DNA of 64,000 bases from assembly GCF_006345805.1 (NCBI RefSeq), contig NC_043001.1, positions 65,100,001-65,164,000 on the forward strand. The letters are read 5' to 3'. This DNA is from Octopus sinensis (Eukaryota). This document shows, in pieces, positions 26,295 through 40,574 of this stretch. The notes beneath the pieces are model-generated. The model saw nothing but the letters and a program-made list of their open reading frames with translations. It had not been told where the DNA came from and searched no databases. Positions within the stretch are counted from its first letter, which is position 1. Each line of letters starts with the position of its first letter. The position numbers and the translations under genes were made by a program.

Positions 26295-26840
26295 GCTTGG
26301 ATACCTTTTATGGCCCCAAATAAAGACTGTTTTGATCATAAACATTCTGAAAAACCTTTGATGCATTCTACTCAGCATTTCCCAGAGAATCATAAAGAAA
26401 AAAATCTCATACCTGGCATCAATAATTTCTGTTGTAGTACCCAAAGTTCCACTTATTACTTCCCTCACTTGTCTAACTCAACTTCATATTCTGCTGCCAG
26501 ACATCAGTTATGTCCTCATAGACAAGTTGCAACGAGTCTAGACATCTCAACAAATCAATTAAGAACTATTGGCTCTAAAATACCAAACTTTTCTTCTAAG
26601 AACAGTAATAAAATTAGCACTGTTCAACAATTTTCCAGATTCTCTCCACAGACTTCCAGTTCTAATCAATCATTCTTACGACAAAAGATATCACAGAAAG
26701 CTACAGATGATGAAATTGATGCTATTTATAAGAACATCAAGCCAAACACCTCACAACCTCTCATTCAGTCAATCAGAGAAGAATTAATGACAGCATCTGC
26801 CTATAATAATGAAATTAATTCTTTCAATATTCTTGAATAA
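26295..26840 (+). CDS. KIAA1549: Terminal coding exon F (AWIPFMAPN...TSQPLIQSIREELMTASAYNNEINSFNILE*)
   Basis: Acceptor ttttttttgtag, phase 0, in frame with ORF 26310..26840. SQPLIQSIREELM resembles the C-terminal SASLIKAIREELL motif I recall from KIAA1549. AATAAA occurs at about 26836 and 27151. Confidence 0.8.
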   Translation, partial: AWIPFMAPNKDCFDHKHSEKPLMHSTQHFPENHKEKNLIPGINNFCCSTQSSTYYFPHLSNSTSYSAARHQLCPHRQVATSLDISTNQLRTIGSKIPNFSSKNSNKISTVQQFSRFSPQTSSSNQSFLRQKISQKATDDEIDAIYKNIKPNTSQPLIQSIREELMTASAYNNEINSFNILE

Positions 26841-28202
26841 ATTCAAATCAAGAGGAAGAAACTAAAAAAAAAAATTAAATGTTTCTGGATATTATTCTCT
26901 GAAATGCATTTCCTAATTGGACAGGTGCATTATTTCTTTTGTATGCCGGACCAGAGTAAGTTAAGTTTAAAATACCAAGATTTCATGAGATCTGATATCA
27001 AAAGAATTTGCATTCAGTTACTGAGAGAACCTTTGATGGGGGAGGGTCACTTAACCCACTGAAAATAGTAACCACATCTATCTATATTTGCACTATAGTC
27101 TTAAAAGATGAAATACACTTTGATTAATAGAGTCTTGAATTCACTGTTTGAATAAAACATGATGGTTGTTGGTGGAATGTTTTTAAACATAGTTCTATTG
27201 TGTCAGGGCTGACCTGAGGAGAATTTATTGTTATTCGTGTATTTTATCACTTAGTGAGGAAGGGAAATGCAGCCTCCCTGATCCTTTATGTTTTCAGTCT
27301 CCAAGACTGGTGGTAATAAGGGAGGAAGATGTCCCTAAATAGGAGACCTAGCCTGGACACTTACAACAGAATGGACTCTACTGAAAGTGCCCAAGGACAA
27401 GAGTGGTATTACCCCAAATGAGAGATAAACCCTTTAGCATTTAGGTTACTCTGTCAAATGTAATGCCTATTTATTCACATTGAATTAATCATACATAGCT
27501 TTGAGATTTAATAGTAAAGGTTGTTTGTCCAGTAACCAATCTGAAGAACAAATGGAATATTTTACAAGGAATATGTGAATATGATTGTTAAACAGTGTGT
27601 TAAAATTTAAATTCTTTCTCTGTAATGATGAATATTTAGAAAATTATTTAAAGAATTTAATAAATATTTAGTTGTTTAATTAACTTCCTTTTGTTCATTT
27701 GAAAATTTGATAGGAACATACTGAGTTTTAATGTTTTGTTATCTGGAATCATATTTAATGTTTGTAGTAAGCAAATACACTGTACATGAAGTTCTTGCCC
27801 TCTTGAAACCACAATCAATGCATGATCTCGGCATTGACAAAAGTAATAATGCATCCTTCCAAGTTGGTAATAAAATGTCTATAAGATGACTGGCCTGATG
27901 GATTCTTAGAACTTTCAGAACAAGAGAGCAGGAAACCACAATGGCCCTCAAAATCATTTTGACTGTTGCTCTCAACTAGGTCACCACATAGTATAAAATT
28001 AATTGTGGAACTTGAGGGTATTCAGCAAAGTTTCACAAAGAAGATAACCTCAATGCAGCAGATTAGCTACAAGATTTCACAGCTCTAGCATCACTCCTTT
28101 ATAGTCAGCCTGTGAACTTTTCACCTCACCCTTGTAATATGCACTATAAAAACAGTGCATTAAACTAATGAAATAAACACCTATTCTCTCACTTCACTTC
28201 CC

Positions 28203-30854
<2,652 letters not shown>

Positions 30855-30878
30855 TATCTATCTATCTATCTATCTATC

Positions 30879-33800
30879 ATTACAAAATGAAGAACTCGTC
30901 ATGGTCCCATACTACATGGGACAAAGAGTAAGATAAAAATAATGAATGTTCCACCCGAAATCCAACCAAAATGGATAACATTGGCGATATGTTATCATTT
31001 AAAATCGATCAACATATTAGAAATCGCCGTTGTTAAAAATGATAATTGGAGTGGGAAATCGATAGAAGTCACTATTCAAATCGATGAGTCTTCTATCGAG
31101 AATTTACCAAATATTATATATTTAGAGAATGGACAAAGCCTATATGTGGTGGCGGAGGCGAAAAAAACTATGTTGTTACCTCTGTGGCAGCCCAGACCAC
31201 TTAATTGCAAAGTGCGTTTTGGTACAGAAAAAAACAATAAAATTTGCAAACAAAACAGAAAACAAATAAAAAACAACCTTTGCTACCAACACCACCAAAC
31301 CCACAACTGATGCAAGAATTTTATAGAAATATGGAACAACGCCAAGAACAACAACAAACTAGCAAACAAACCCCAACAACATCACCAATAAGAGAAACAG
31401 CACCACCACAATTATCGTTGACGTCGCAACCAAATAAAGAAGCAAAACCACAACCAACATCAAAAGACAGACCAACACCAGCACCAAGGACGACAACTAA
31501 CAAAACAAATGACAATGACGAGAAGACAAATTCTACCCCTAATACCACAACAACACAAACACCGCACAAAACAACAACACTTTATACAAACATGCATATT
31601 GATGCAAATGCTTTGCTTTTACCCCCTTCTGATTCGTCAGACTTTTCGTCTAACGACGAAAGTTCGACAGAATGGCAAATAGCCACAGGGGGTAAAAGGA
31701 AAAAAAAAACCCACCAAACAAGCAAGTAAAGTAGGGATATATTTAACTCCTGACAGCTCCTTACACAAACCATCAATGACCCCACAAAAACACACACACA
31801 ACTAACAGCAATAGACACAGAAAAAAAAACTAAAGGAATACATTGCATCTAACACAAACATTTGTGAAGATGACTTTAAAGTGAAAAATCATCCACGCAC
31901 TACACCACCGACACACATAAAAATACTACACATCACACAAACGTAGCACTACACACTCAAAACCATCTTTCCAAATGCGGTCGGGGAGTTTCAAAAGTAT
32001 CTATCGAAAAAGCTTTATAAACACCTCCTCAAAGACATTTCAAAAGAAGAGGAAAAAAACTCAAACTTTCGAAATGAGTAAGTAACCTTTCCTCTCGTCT
32101 CTTTCAATGTTTGTGAAACATCAATTATGCTTAAATTAGGTTGTGTGAATGTGCGTGGCTTGGCATCGGCTTGGAAACAAGGTTACCTTCTAAATGACAT
32201 CAAGTCACTGAACGTTGATATAGTAGCTATCAGTGAAACCAGACACAGTAAGCCGCAGGCCCTCGTGTCCATGTTTGGCGGTCAATTCGACATTTATTTT
32301 TCTTCCTGTCTGCCAAACATGGGTGGTGGTGGTATCGCGGTGCTTTTTCTAAAGTGTCTAAATGTAAAAGTAAGACCAATATTCCTAGACCCGGAGGGTA
32401 GGCTGGTTGTCTTGGATGTGGATGGCAGAAATGGGTGTGCATTCCGTCTGATGGCAGTTTATGCACCGTCCTTAACGGGTCGGGCGGATTTCTTCAGACG
32501 TCTAGAGGTTTTCTTGGGTACGTCTAGACCTTTACTGTTAGTAGGGGATTGGAACGCTACCTTGGACACGCATCCAGACTATGTGGGAATGGATAGGAAT
32601 AGAAGGGGATGTAAGTGCCTCAAAGACCTGCTCAGACGTTTCCATTTGTCTGACAGGTTCCGACTCGACCATCCGAATGTGCCAACGTGGACTTGGACAA
32701 ACCGTGTCGGATCGTCGAGATCTTATCTAGATAGAATTCTATGCAGGATAGAGGATAGGGATAGTGTAGGATGTCCACAATTTAAAATAGTCATTTACAC
32801 AGGTCACAAATTTGTGACGTGTATGCTCGACTTAGATAAGACACATAGACAGAGTCCCAGTTACTGGAAACTGAACACGTCGCTCTTAGTGCTACAGGTT
32901 TACAGGAACCGGATTAGCGAGTTAATTAAGAGGGCGTTGGCGGGAGCCATCGTTAACAACTGCTGGTGGTTTGCCCTGAAAATGGCAATAAAATCGGAAT
33001 CAATTAGGTTTAGCAAGGAATTAGCGATAGATCGAAATAGAATAGAGGGAGACTTAGTTAAGAAACTAGAAGAGGCAGCGCAACCAAGGTGCTGGCTGCG
33101 AGGATGGCCCTCGACCAACACCTCAACGCCAAACACGAAGGTTGCGTCGTCAGAGCTAAAATGCGTGCCTTAAGGAACAAAGGGATCGAAGCTGCGCGAG
33201 AGGCCCGAGAGGTCTCTAATAGATCAACATGGATGCAGTTTACCCGAAAGGATGTGTGAGGCCTTTCAACAGCACTTTGCTCGACTGTTTGGTGCGAGTG
33301 GTGGGTCGGAACGCAGGATGAATTTCAGTGCCTACCTGACCGACCTGCCGCGGCTCTCGGCAAGAGAAGCGGAGTGTTGTGAGAGTCCCATCACAGCTGC
33401 CGACATACGGGATGCGATGGCGGGCTGCGCGAGGGATAAGTCGCCTGGTTTGGATGGTATACCCTACGAGCTGTATTGTCAAATGCCAGACTTGTTTGGC
33501 GACCTCTTGGCATCTGTCTACTGCAACTGGCAACAAAACGGGAGAATCCCCGGTTTTGTGAGCCGAGGTGCAGTGATGTTGCTGAAGAAAGACCCAAACA
33601 AGGGGAAATTTATAGATAATTTCAGGCCCATCACCCTGCTCAACGCAGATTTGAAAATTTTAGCCAAAGTAATAGCCGAGAGGTTGGCGCTTGTCATTGG
33701 TAAACTGGTCGACAAGGCGCAAGCATGCGCCATGCCAGGCAGAACCATGCGTGACAACCTCCATCTGATGCGCTACATCTTGGACAGGCATTCCAGAGAG

Positions 33801-36800
33801 GGGGGGATTTGAAGGTGAAGGGGAGGAAAGGGAGGAAGGAATATTGAACATTCCAGAGAGGGGGATTTGAAGGTAAAGCGGAGGAACGGGCGGAAGGAAT
33901 ATTGAACATTCCAGAGAGGGGGATTTGAAGGTGAATGGGAGGAAAGGGAGGAAGGAATATTGAACATTCCAGAGAGGGGGATTTGAAGGTAAAGGAAGGA
34001 AAGGGAGGAAGGAATATTGAACATTCCAGAGATGGGGATTTGAAGGTGAAGGGGAGGAAAGGGAGGAAGGAATATTGAACATTCCAGAGAGGGGGATTTG
34101 AAGGTAAAGGGGAGGAACGGGCTGAAGGAATATTGAACATTCCAGAGAGGGGGAGTTGAAGGTAAAGGGGAGGACAGAGAGGAAGGAAATTGAACATTCC
34201 AGAGAGGGGGATTTGAAGGTAAAGTCGAGGTAAGGGAGGAAGGAATATTGAACATTCCAGAGAGGGGGATTTGAAGGTGAAGGGGAGGAAAGGGAAGAAG
34301 GAATATTGAACATTCCAGAGAGAGGAATTTGAAGGTAAAGGAGGGAGGAATGGGCGGAAGGAATATTGAACATTCCAGAGAGGGGGATTTGAAGGTAAAG
34401 GGGAGGAACGGGCGGAAGGAATATTGAACATTCCAGAGAGGAGGATTTGAAGGTGAAGGGGAGGAAGGAATATTGAACATTCCAGAGAGGGGGATTTGAA
34501 GGTAAAGGGGAGGAAAGGGCGGAAGGAATATTGAACATTTCAGAGGGGTATTTGAAGGTAAAGGGGAGGAACGGGCGGAAGGAATATTGAACATTCCAGA
34601 GAGGGGGATTTGAAGGTAAAGGGGAGGAACGGGCAGAAGGAATATTGAACATTCCAGAGAGGGGGATTTGAAGGTGAAGGGGTGGAAAGGGAGGAAGGAA
34701 TATTGAACATTCCAAAGAGGGGGATTTGAAGGTGAATGGGAGGAAAGGGAGGAAGGAATATTGAACATTCCAGAGAGAGGAATTTGAAGGTAAAGAGCAG
34801 GAACGGGCGGAAGGAATATTGAACATTAGAGAGGGGGATTTGAAGGTAAAGGGGAGGAAAGGGAGGAAGGAATATTGAACATTTCAGAGAGGGGGATTTG
34901 AAGGTAAAGGGGAGGAACCGGCGGAAGGAATATTGAACATTCCAGAGAGGGGGATTTGAAGGTAAAGACAAGGAACGGGCAGAAGGAATAGTGAACATTC
35001 CAGAGAGGGGGATTTGAAGGTGAAAGGGAGGAAGGAATATTGAACATTCCAGAGAGGGGGATTTGAAGGTGAATGGGAGAAAAGGGAGGAAGGAATATTG
35101 AACATTCCAGAGAGAGGAATTTGAAGGTGAAGGGGAGGAAGGGGAGGAAAGGGAAGAAGGAATATTGAACATTCCAGAGAGGGGGATTTGAAGGTAAAGG
35201 GGAGGAACGGGCGGAAGGAATATTGAACATTCCAGAGAGGGGGATTTGAAGGTAAAGGGGAGGAACGGGCGGAAGGAATATTGAACATTCCAGAGAGGAG
35301 GATTTGAAGGTGAAGGGGAGGAAGGAATATTGAACATTCCAGAGAGGGGGATTTGAAGGTAAAGGGGAGGAAAGGGCGGAAGGAATATTGAACATTTCAG
35401 AGGGGTATTTGAAGGTAAAGGGGAGGAACCGGCGGAAGGAATATTGAACATTCCAGAGAGGGGGATTTGAAGGTAAAGGGGAGGAACGGGCAGAAGGAAT
35501 ATTGAACATTCCAGAGAGGGGGATTTGAAGGTGAAGGGGTGGAAAGGGAGGAAGGAATATTGAACATTCCAAAGAGGGGGATTTGAAGGTGAATGGGAGG
35601 AAAGGGAGGAAGGAATATTGAACATTCCAGAGAGAGGAATTTGAAGGTAAAGAGCAGGAACGGGCGGAAGGAATATTGAACATTAGAGAGGGGGATTTGA
35701 AGGTAAAGGGGAGGAAAGGGAGGAAGGAATATTGAACATTTCAGAGAGGGGGATTTGAAGGTAAAGGGGAGGAACCGGCGGAAGGAATATTGAACATTCC
35801 AGAGAGGGGGATTTGAAGGTAAAGACAAGGAACGGGCAGAAGGAATAGTGAACATTCCAGAGAGGGGGATTTGAAGGTGAAAGGGAGGAAGGAATATTGA
35901 ACATTCCAGAGAGGGGGATTTGAAGGTGAATGGGAGAAAAGGGAGGAAGGAATATTGAACATTCCAGAGAGAGGAATTTGAAGGTAAAGGGGAGGAACTG
36001 GCGGAAGGAATATTGAACATTCCAGAGAGGGGGATTTGAAGGTAAAGGGGAGGAACGGGCTGAAGGAATATTGAACATTCCAGAGAGGGGGATTTGAAGG
36101 TGAATGGGAGGAAAGGGAGGAAGGAATATTGAACATTCCAGAGAGGGGGATTTGAAGGTGAATGGGAGGAAAGGGAGGAAGGAATATTGAACATTCCAGA
36201 GAGGGTGATTTGAAGGTAAAGGGGAGGAAAGGGAGGAAGGAATATTGAACATTCCAGAGAGGGGATTTGAAAGTGAAGGGGAGGAAAGGGAGGAAGGAAT
36301 ATTGAACATTCGAGAGAGGGTGATTCGAAGGTGAATGGGAGGAACGGGCGGAAGGTATATTGAACATTCCAGAGAGGGGTATTTGAAGGTGAAGGCGAGG
36401 AAAGGGAGGAAGGTATAGTGAACATTCCAGAGAGGGGAATCAGTTGTTGTATAGGAGGAAAGGGTGGAAGGAATATTGAACATTCCAGAGAGGGTGATTT
36501 GAAGGTAAAGGGGAGGAAAGGGAGGAAGGAATATTGAACATTCCAGAGAGGGGGATTTGAAAGTGAAGGGGAGGAAATGGAGGAAGGAATATTGAACATT
36601 CGAGAGAGGGTGATTCGAAGGTAAAGGGAGGAAGGAATATTGAACATTCCAGAGAGGGGGATTTGAAGGTGAAGGGGAGGTAAGGGAGGAAGGAATATTG
36701 AACATTCCAGAGAGCGGGATTTGAAGGTGAATAGGATGAACGGGCGGAAGGTATATTGAACATTCCAGAGAGTGGTATTTGAAGGTGAAGGGGAGGAAAG

Positions 36801-39205
36801 GGAGGAAGGAATATTGAACATTCCAGAGAGGGGGATTTGAAGGTGAATGGGAGGAACGGGCGGAAGGTATATTGAACATTCCAGAGAGGGGGATTTGAAG
36901 GTGAAGGGGAGGAAAGGGAGGAAGGTATAGTGAACATTCCAGAGAGGGGGATCAGAAGGTGAATAGGAGGAAAGGGTGGAAGGAATATTGAACATTCCAG
37001 AGAGAGGAATTTGAAGGTGAAGGGGAGGAAGGGGAGGAAGGAATATTGAACATTCCAGAGAAGGTGAATGGGAGGAACAGGCTGAAGGTATATTGAACAT
37101 TCCAGAGAGGGGTATTTGAAGGTGAAGGGGAGGATCGGGCGGAAGGAATATTGAACATTCCAGAGAGGGGGATTTGAAGGTGAAGGGGAGGAACGGGTGG
37201 AAGGAATATTGAACATTCCAGAGAGGGGGATTTAAAGATGAAGGGGATGAAAGGGAGGAAGGAATATTGAACATTCCAGAGAGGGGGATTTGAAGGTGAA
37301 GGGGAGGAAGTGGAGGAAGGAGTATTGAACATTCCAGAGAGGGGGATTTGAGAGGTGAAGGGGAGGAAGGGTAGGAAGGAATATTGAACATTCCAGAGAG
37401 GTGTATTTGAAGGTGAATGGGAGAAAAGGGAGGAAGGAATATTGAACATTCCAGAGAGGGGGATTTGAAGGTGAATGGGAGGAACGGGCGGAAGGAATAT
37501 TGAACATTCCAGAGAGGGGGATTTGAAGGTGAATGGGAGGAACGGGCGGAAGGAATATTGAACGTTCCAGAGAGGGGGATTTGAAGGTGAATGGGAGGAA
37601 CGGGCGGAAGGAATATTGAACATTCCAGAGAGGGGGATTTGAAGGTGAAGGGGAGGAACTGGCAGAAGGAATATTGAACATTCCAGAGAGGGGGATTTGG
37701 TGCTGATAAATTTGGATCAGTCTAAAGCTTTAGATAGGGTCGACCGTCGGTACTTGGCGGCCGTCCTCAGGGCGGCTGGCTTCGGTCCCGTCTTCCGCGG
37801 TTGGATCGCTGCCTTGTATAGCGGCATCCGATCGGTAAGTCGGGTGAAGGGTCGCCTGTAGAAACCGTTTGACATCACGTGTTCGGTCCGTCAGGGATTT
37901 CCACTGTTGGCGCGTCTGTATATATTGACTCTCGAGCCGCTACTGCGGAAGCTGGCAACACTGAGGGGCATCCCACGGGAACTGGGTTGCGGGACGAGCG
38001 TGTCGGCATATGCGGATGATGTCACCTTCATAGTGTCGAGCGAAAAGCACATCCAGATGATAGGCGAGACACTAAAAGAATACGAAACGGTGACGGGAGC
38101 GAAAATTAACCCGGAAAAGTCAGTGGGTTTGCTACTTGGCACCTGAAGAAGGAAGCCCATACCATCCAACTGTGACTCAGTAGTGGGACGCTGGACAGAC
38201 GAGCCGGTTAAATTGCTCGGGGTCTGGTTCAGTCCGGACCTCCAAATGGATAAGAACTGGGACAAGATCACGAGTAGAGTGGTCGCTCTCAGCCAAACAT
38301 GGGCTGAGAGAAAGCTGCCTCTAAAAGGTCGGGCGGAGGTGGCTAATGCGTATATCGCATCAATCATCGATTACCACCTGACCGTCGTGCCTTGTTCCGA
38401 TGCTACCATCATGAAACTGGAACGCATACTCTTCCGCTTCCTGTGGAAGGTTGGCGTTCCGATGGTGATGCGATCCATTTGTTGTCAACATCTGTTAAAT
38501 GGAGGACTGAGCATGCCGTGGTTAATGATGCGCAGGCATGCGCTGACACTGCGACATCTCTGGAACTTCATCGATGACGGTGAACAGGTGTAGGCGCCGT
38601 TTGTGAGACGCGCCTTCCCGCAGCTCGTCTCACTGACCGAACTGCAAACGTGGATCAAAAAGAGACCGAAACTGCCGTCCAGGATCAAACTTGTGCAACT
38701 TACAAACGACCAAAGCGTTCTAAAGAGGACTAGTAGAGAGGAGGTCTGACGACACACTCGGGGCAAACCTGGGAGTCGACGAGAAATTCCTAACTCGCCT
38801 TTTCAGGACGACGTTTGGGCCGGGGCCTATGGATAACTTCCAGAGATCCCCGGCTTGGCAATGCTATCGGGACGCACTACCTGTTCGAGAGAAAAGCTAC
38901 AGACACGGTTCGAAAACCACTGGACCGACCTGCCCGAGATGCGATCAGAACGACGAAACCGTTCTGCACGCACTCGTGCAGTGTCCAGATATTTCAGAGC
39001 TGTGGACCTTCATCGAACAGCTGTTGTCGCGTGTAGGATGAGCCCGCTTATCGGTCGAGTCTATCGTGAATATTGTTCCGCCACCTTCCTGTAAATGGGA
39101 AGGAAAAACAGTTTTTGTAACACTGATAGCTATGGCGAAAGAATGTGTGTGGTGGACACGTTTGAAAGGCCTACAAACAAACACTTTCCTCTCTGGTGTT
39201 TATTG
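30879..39205 (+). mobile_element. Tx1/L1-clade LINE copy 2: partial ORF1 (CCHC knuckle), ORF2 APE and RT, split by a 3.9-kb minisatellite and cut at the 3' end by an RTE fragment
   Basis: ORF1 remnant with CYLCGSPDHLIAKC (about 31175-31220) and WQIATGGKRKKK. APE 32127..33173 (NVRGL, ISETRH, VYAP, GDWNA, SYLDR). RT from 33252-33788 resumes collinearly at 37700 (LINLDQSKALDRVD). Confidence 0.92.
33789..37699. repeat. Purine-rich 58-bp minisatellite, about 67 units, with higher-order structure
   Basis: Consensus cattccagagagggggatttgaaggt[g/a]aaggggaggaa[a/c]ggg[a/c]ggaaggaatattgaa. The same variant units recur at an offset of 857 bp. Confidence 0.97.
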
Positions 39206-39694
39206 CACCCGAGCATCTGCCACATACAAAAGCTTCCCAGTTAGCCTTCCTTTGATCTTACTACACCTCTTATGTGTCCATAGCTTACACTGGGTACATC
39301 TTATAGAGTTTCTACCTACACCTCTACTACAGATCGAGCAGGGCCATCTACCCGAAGGGATTTGTGGTTTGCCTGCCTTACTACTTATTAGGACTTTGGT
39401 TTTAGCTATGTTGACACTAAGGCCCTTTGATTCTAATCCTTGTTTTCACACTTGAAACTTCTCCTCTTGTTCTGATAGTGACTCAGCAATTAGAGCAAGG
39501 TCATCAGCATAGTGGAGCTCCCAGGGGCATCCTGTCTTGAATTCCTCTGTTATTACCTGGAGGACTATGATAAATAGGAGGGAGCTGAGGGCTGAACCTT
39601 GGTGGACCCCTACCTCTACCCTGAATTCTTCGGTATACTCGTTGCCAACCCTCACCTTACTGGCAGCATCCCTGTACATGGCTTGCACAGCTTG
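39205..39694 (-). mobile_element. RTE LINE internal fragment (RT YADD region and PHD-like insert)
   Basis: ORF 39446..39688: VGVHQGSALSSLLFIIVLQ...ELHYADDLALIAES. Confidence 0.9.
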
Positions 39695-40574
39695 AACTAG
39701 GAAAGGGTCTGCTTAGCATAGTTTAAACGAGACGGCAAATGTTGATAATAGTAAAATAGACTTGAAAAATCTGAGAGTTCTCCGCCAGACATTCTAAGAC
39801 AGAATTTAGGGGATAAATAAGTAACGGTGTGATAACTTTAATAGCTGAATGAGTCGATGAACATGTTGTTAAGTTATCTTAAGGGAACAGCAAGGAAGAC
39901 AAGCCTATTTGAAAACTATATTTACATGATGGCATGTTACTGAACTGGAAAGAATAATGAACAGAGCTAATAGCGGAGGGGTTTATGATCTGTGCTGAAA
40001 TAGTAAGGTGGATGAAACGAGGTTGAAAAGATGGAAAAATTCTTAACTGGACATCAAGGATCTGTTATTCTTCGGCAGGAGGTTGGAAGTGTGTGGGCTA
40101 GTTTATATAGAGCAAAGCAAGTGGTAATCGAAAGAGGGAGACATAGTGAAAGCACGGAGAGAGAGAGAAACAGACAGAGTAAGATAGAGAGAGAGAGAGA
40201 AAGAAGGGGGGAAGTGGTCAAGAACACGTGGGAGGAAATAGTGCCTCGAACTAGGAAGGGGTCTGCTTAGCATAGTTTAAACGATACAGCAAATGTTGAT
40301 AATAGTAAAATAGACTTGATTAAATGGTATTTACTGGTATTAATAAAGGAAAATTGAGGTTAAAAAATATGTTAAAATTATATATTAAATATTAACAATT
40401 TTAGTCTATGCAGATTTTTAAAAATTATTTTAAATAGTGAATATACCAGCATAGCTTTATAAAAGCTGAGTATGATATTTATAGACTTAGAGTAATTTTG
40501 TAAATAAATAAATAAGAGCTAGTTTTAAAAATAAAATAAAATAAATAATCATTGGTAGAACATTATAGAAAACG

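Noticed and set aside
26310-26840. 176-aa ORF as a stand-alone gene
   Set aside because: It is better explained as the terminal exon of the spliced gene, given the strong acceptor 15 nt upstream in the same frame.
27657-27975. Short minus-strand ORFs downstream of the host gene
   Set aside because: No recognisable domain, no consistent splice sites and overlapping short frames. Left unassigned.
33660-37681. Very long minus-strand ORFs (up to 664 aa, MFNIPSS... repeats)
   Set aside because: The unit is 58 bp, not a multiple of 3, and all three minus frames are open only because the purine-rich plus strand rarely contains tta/cta/tca. This is a compositional artefact.
33789-37699. CRISPR-like appearance (conserved palindromic part alternating with a variable part)
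   Set aside because: The variable segments are point variants of one another, not unique spacers. There are no cas genes and the context is eukaryotic.
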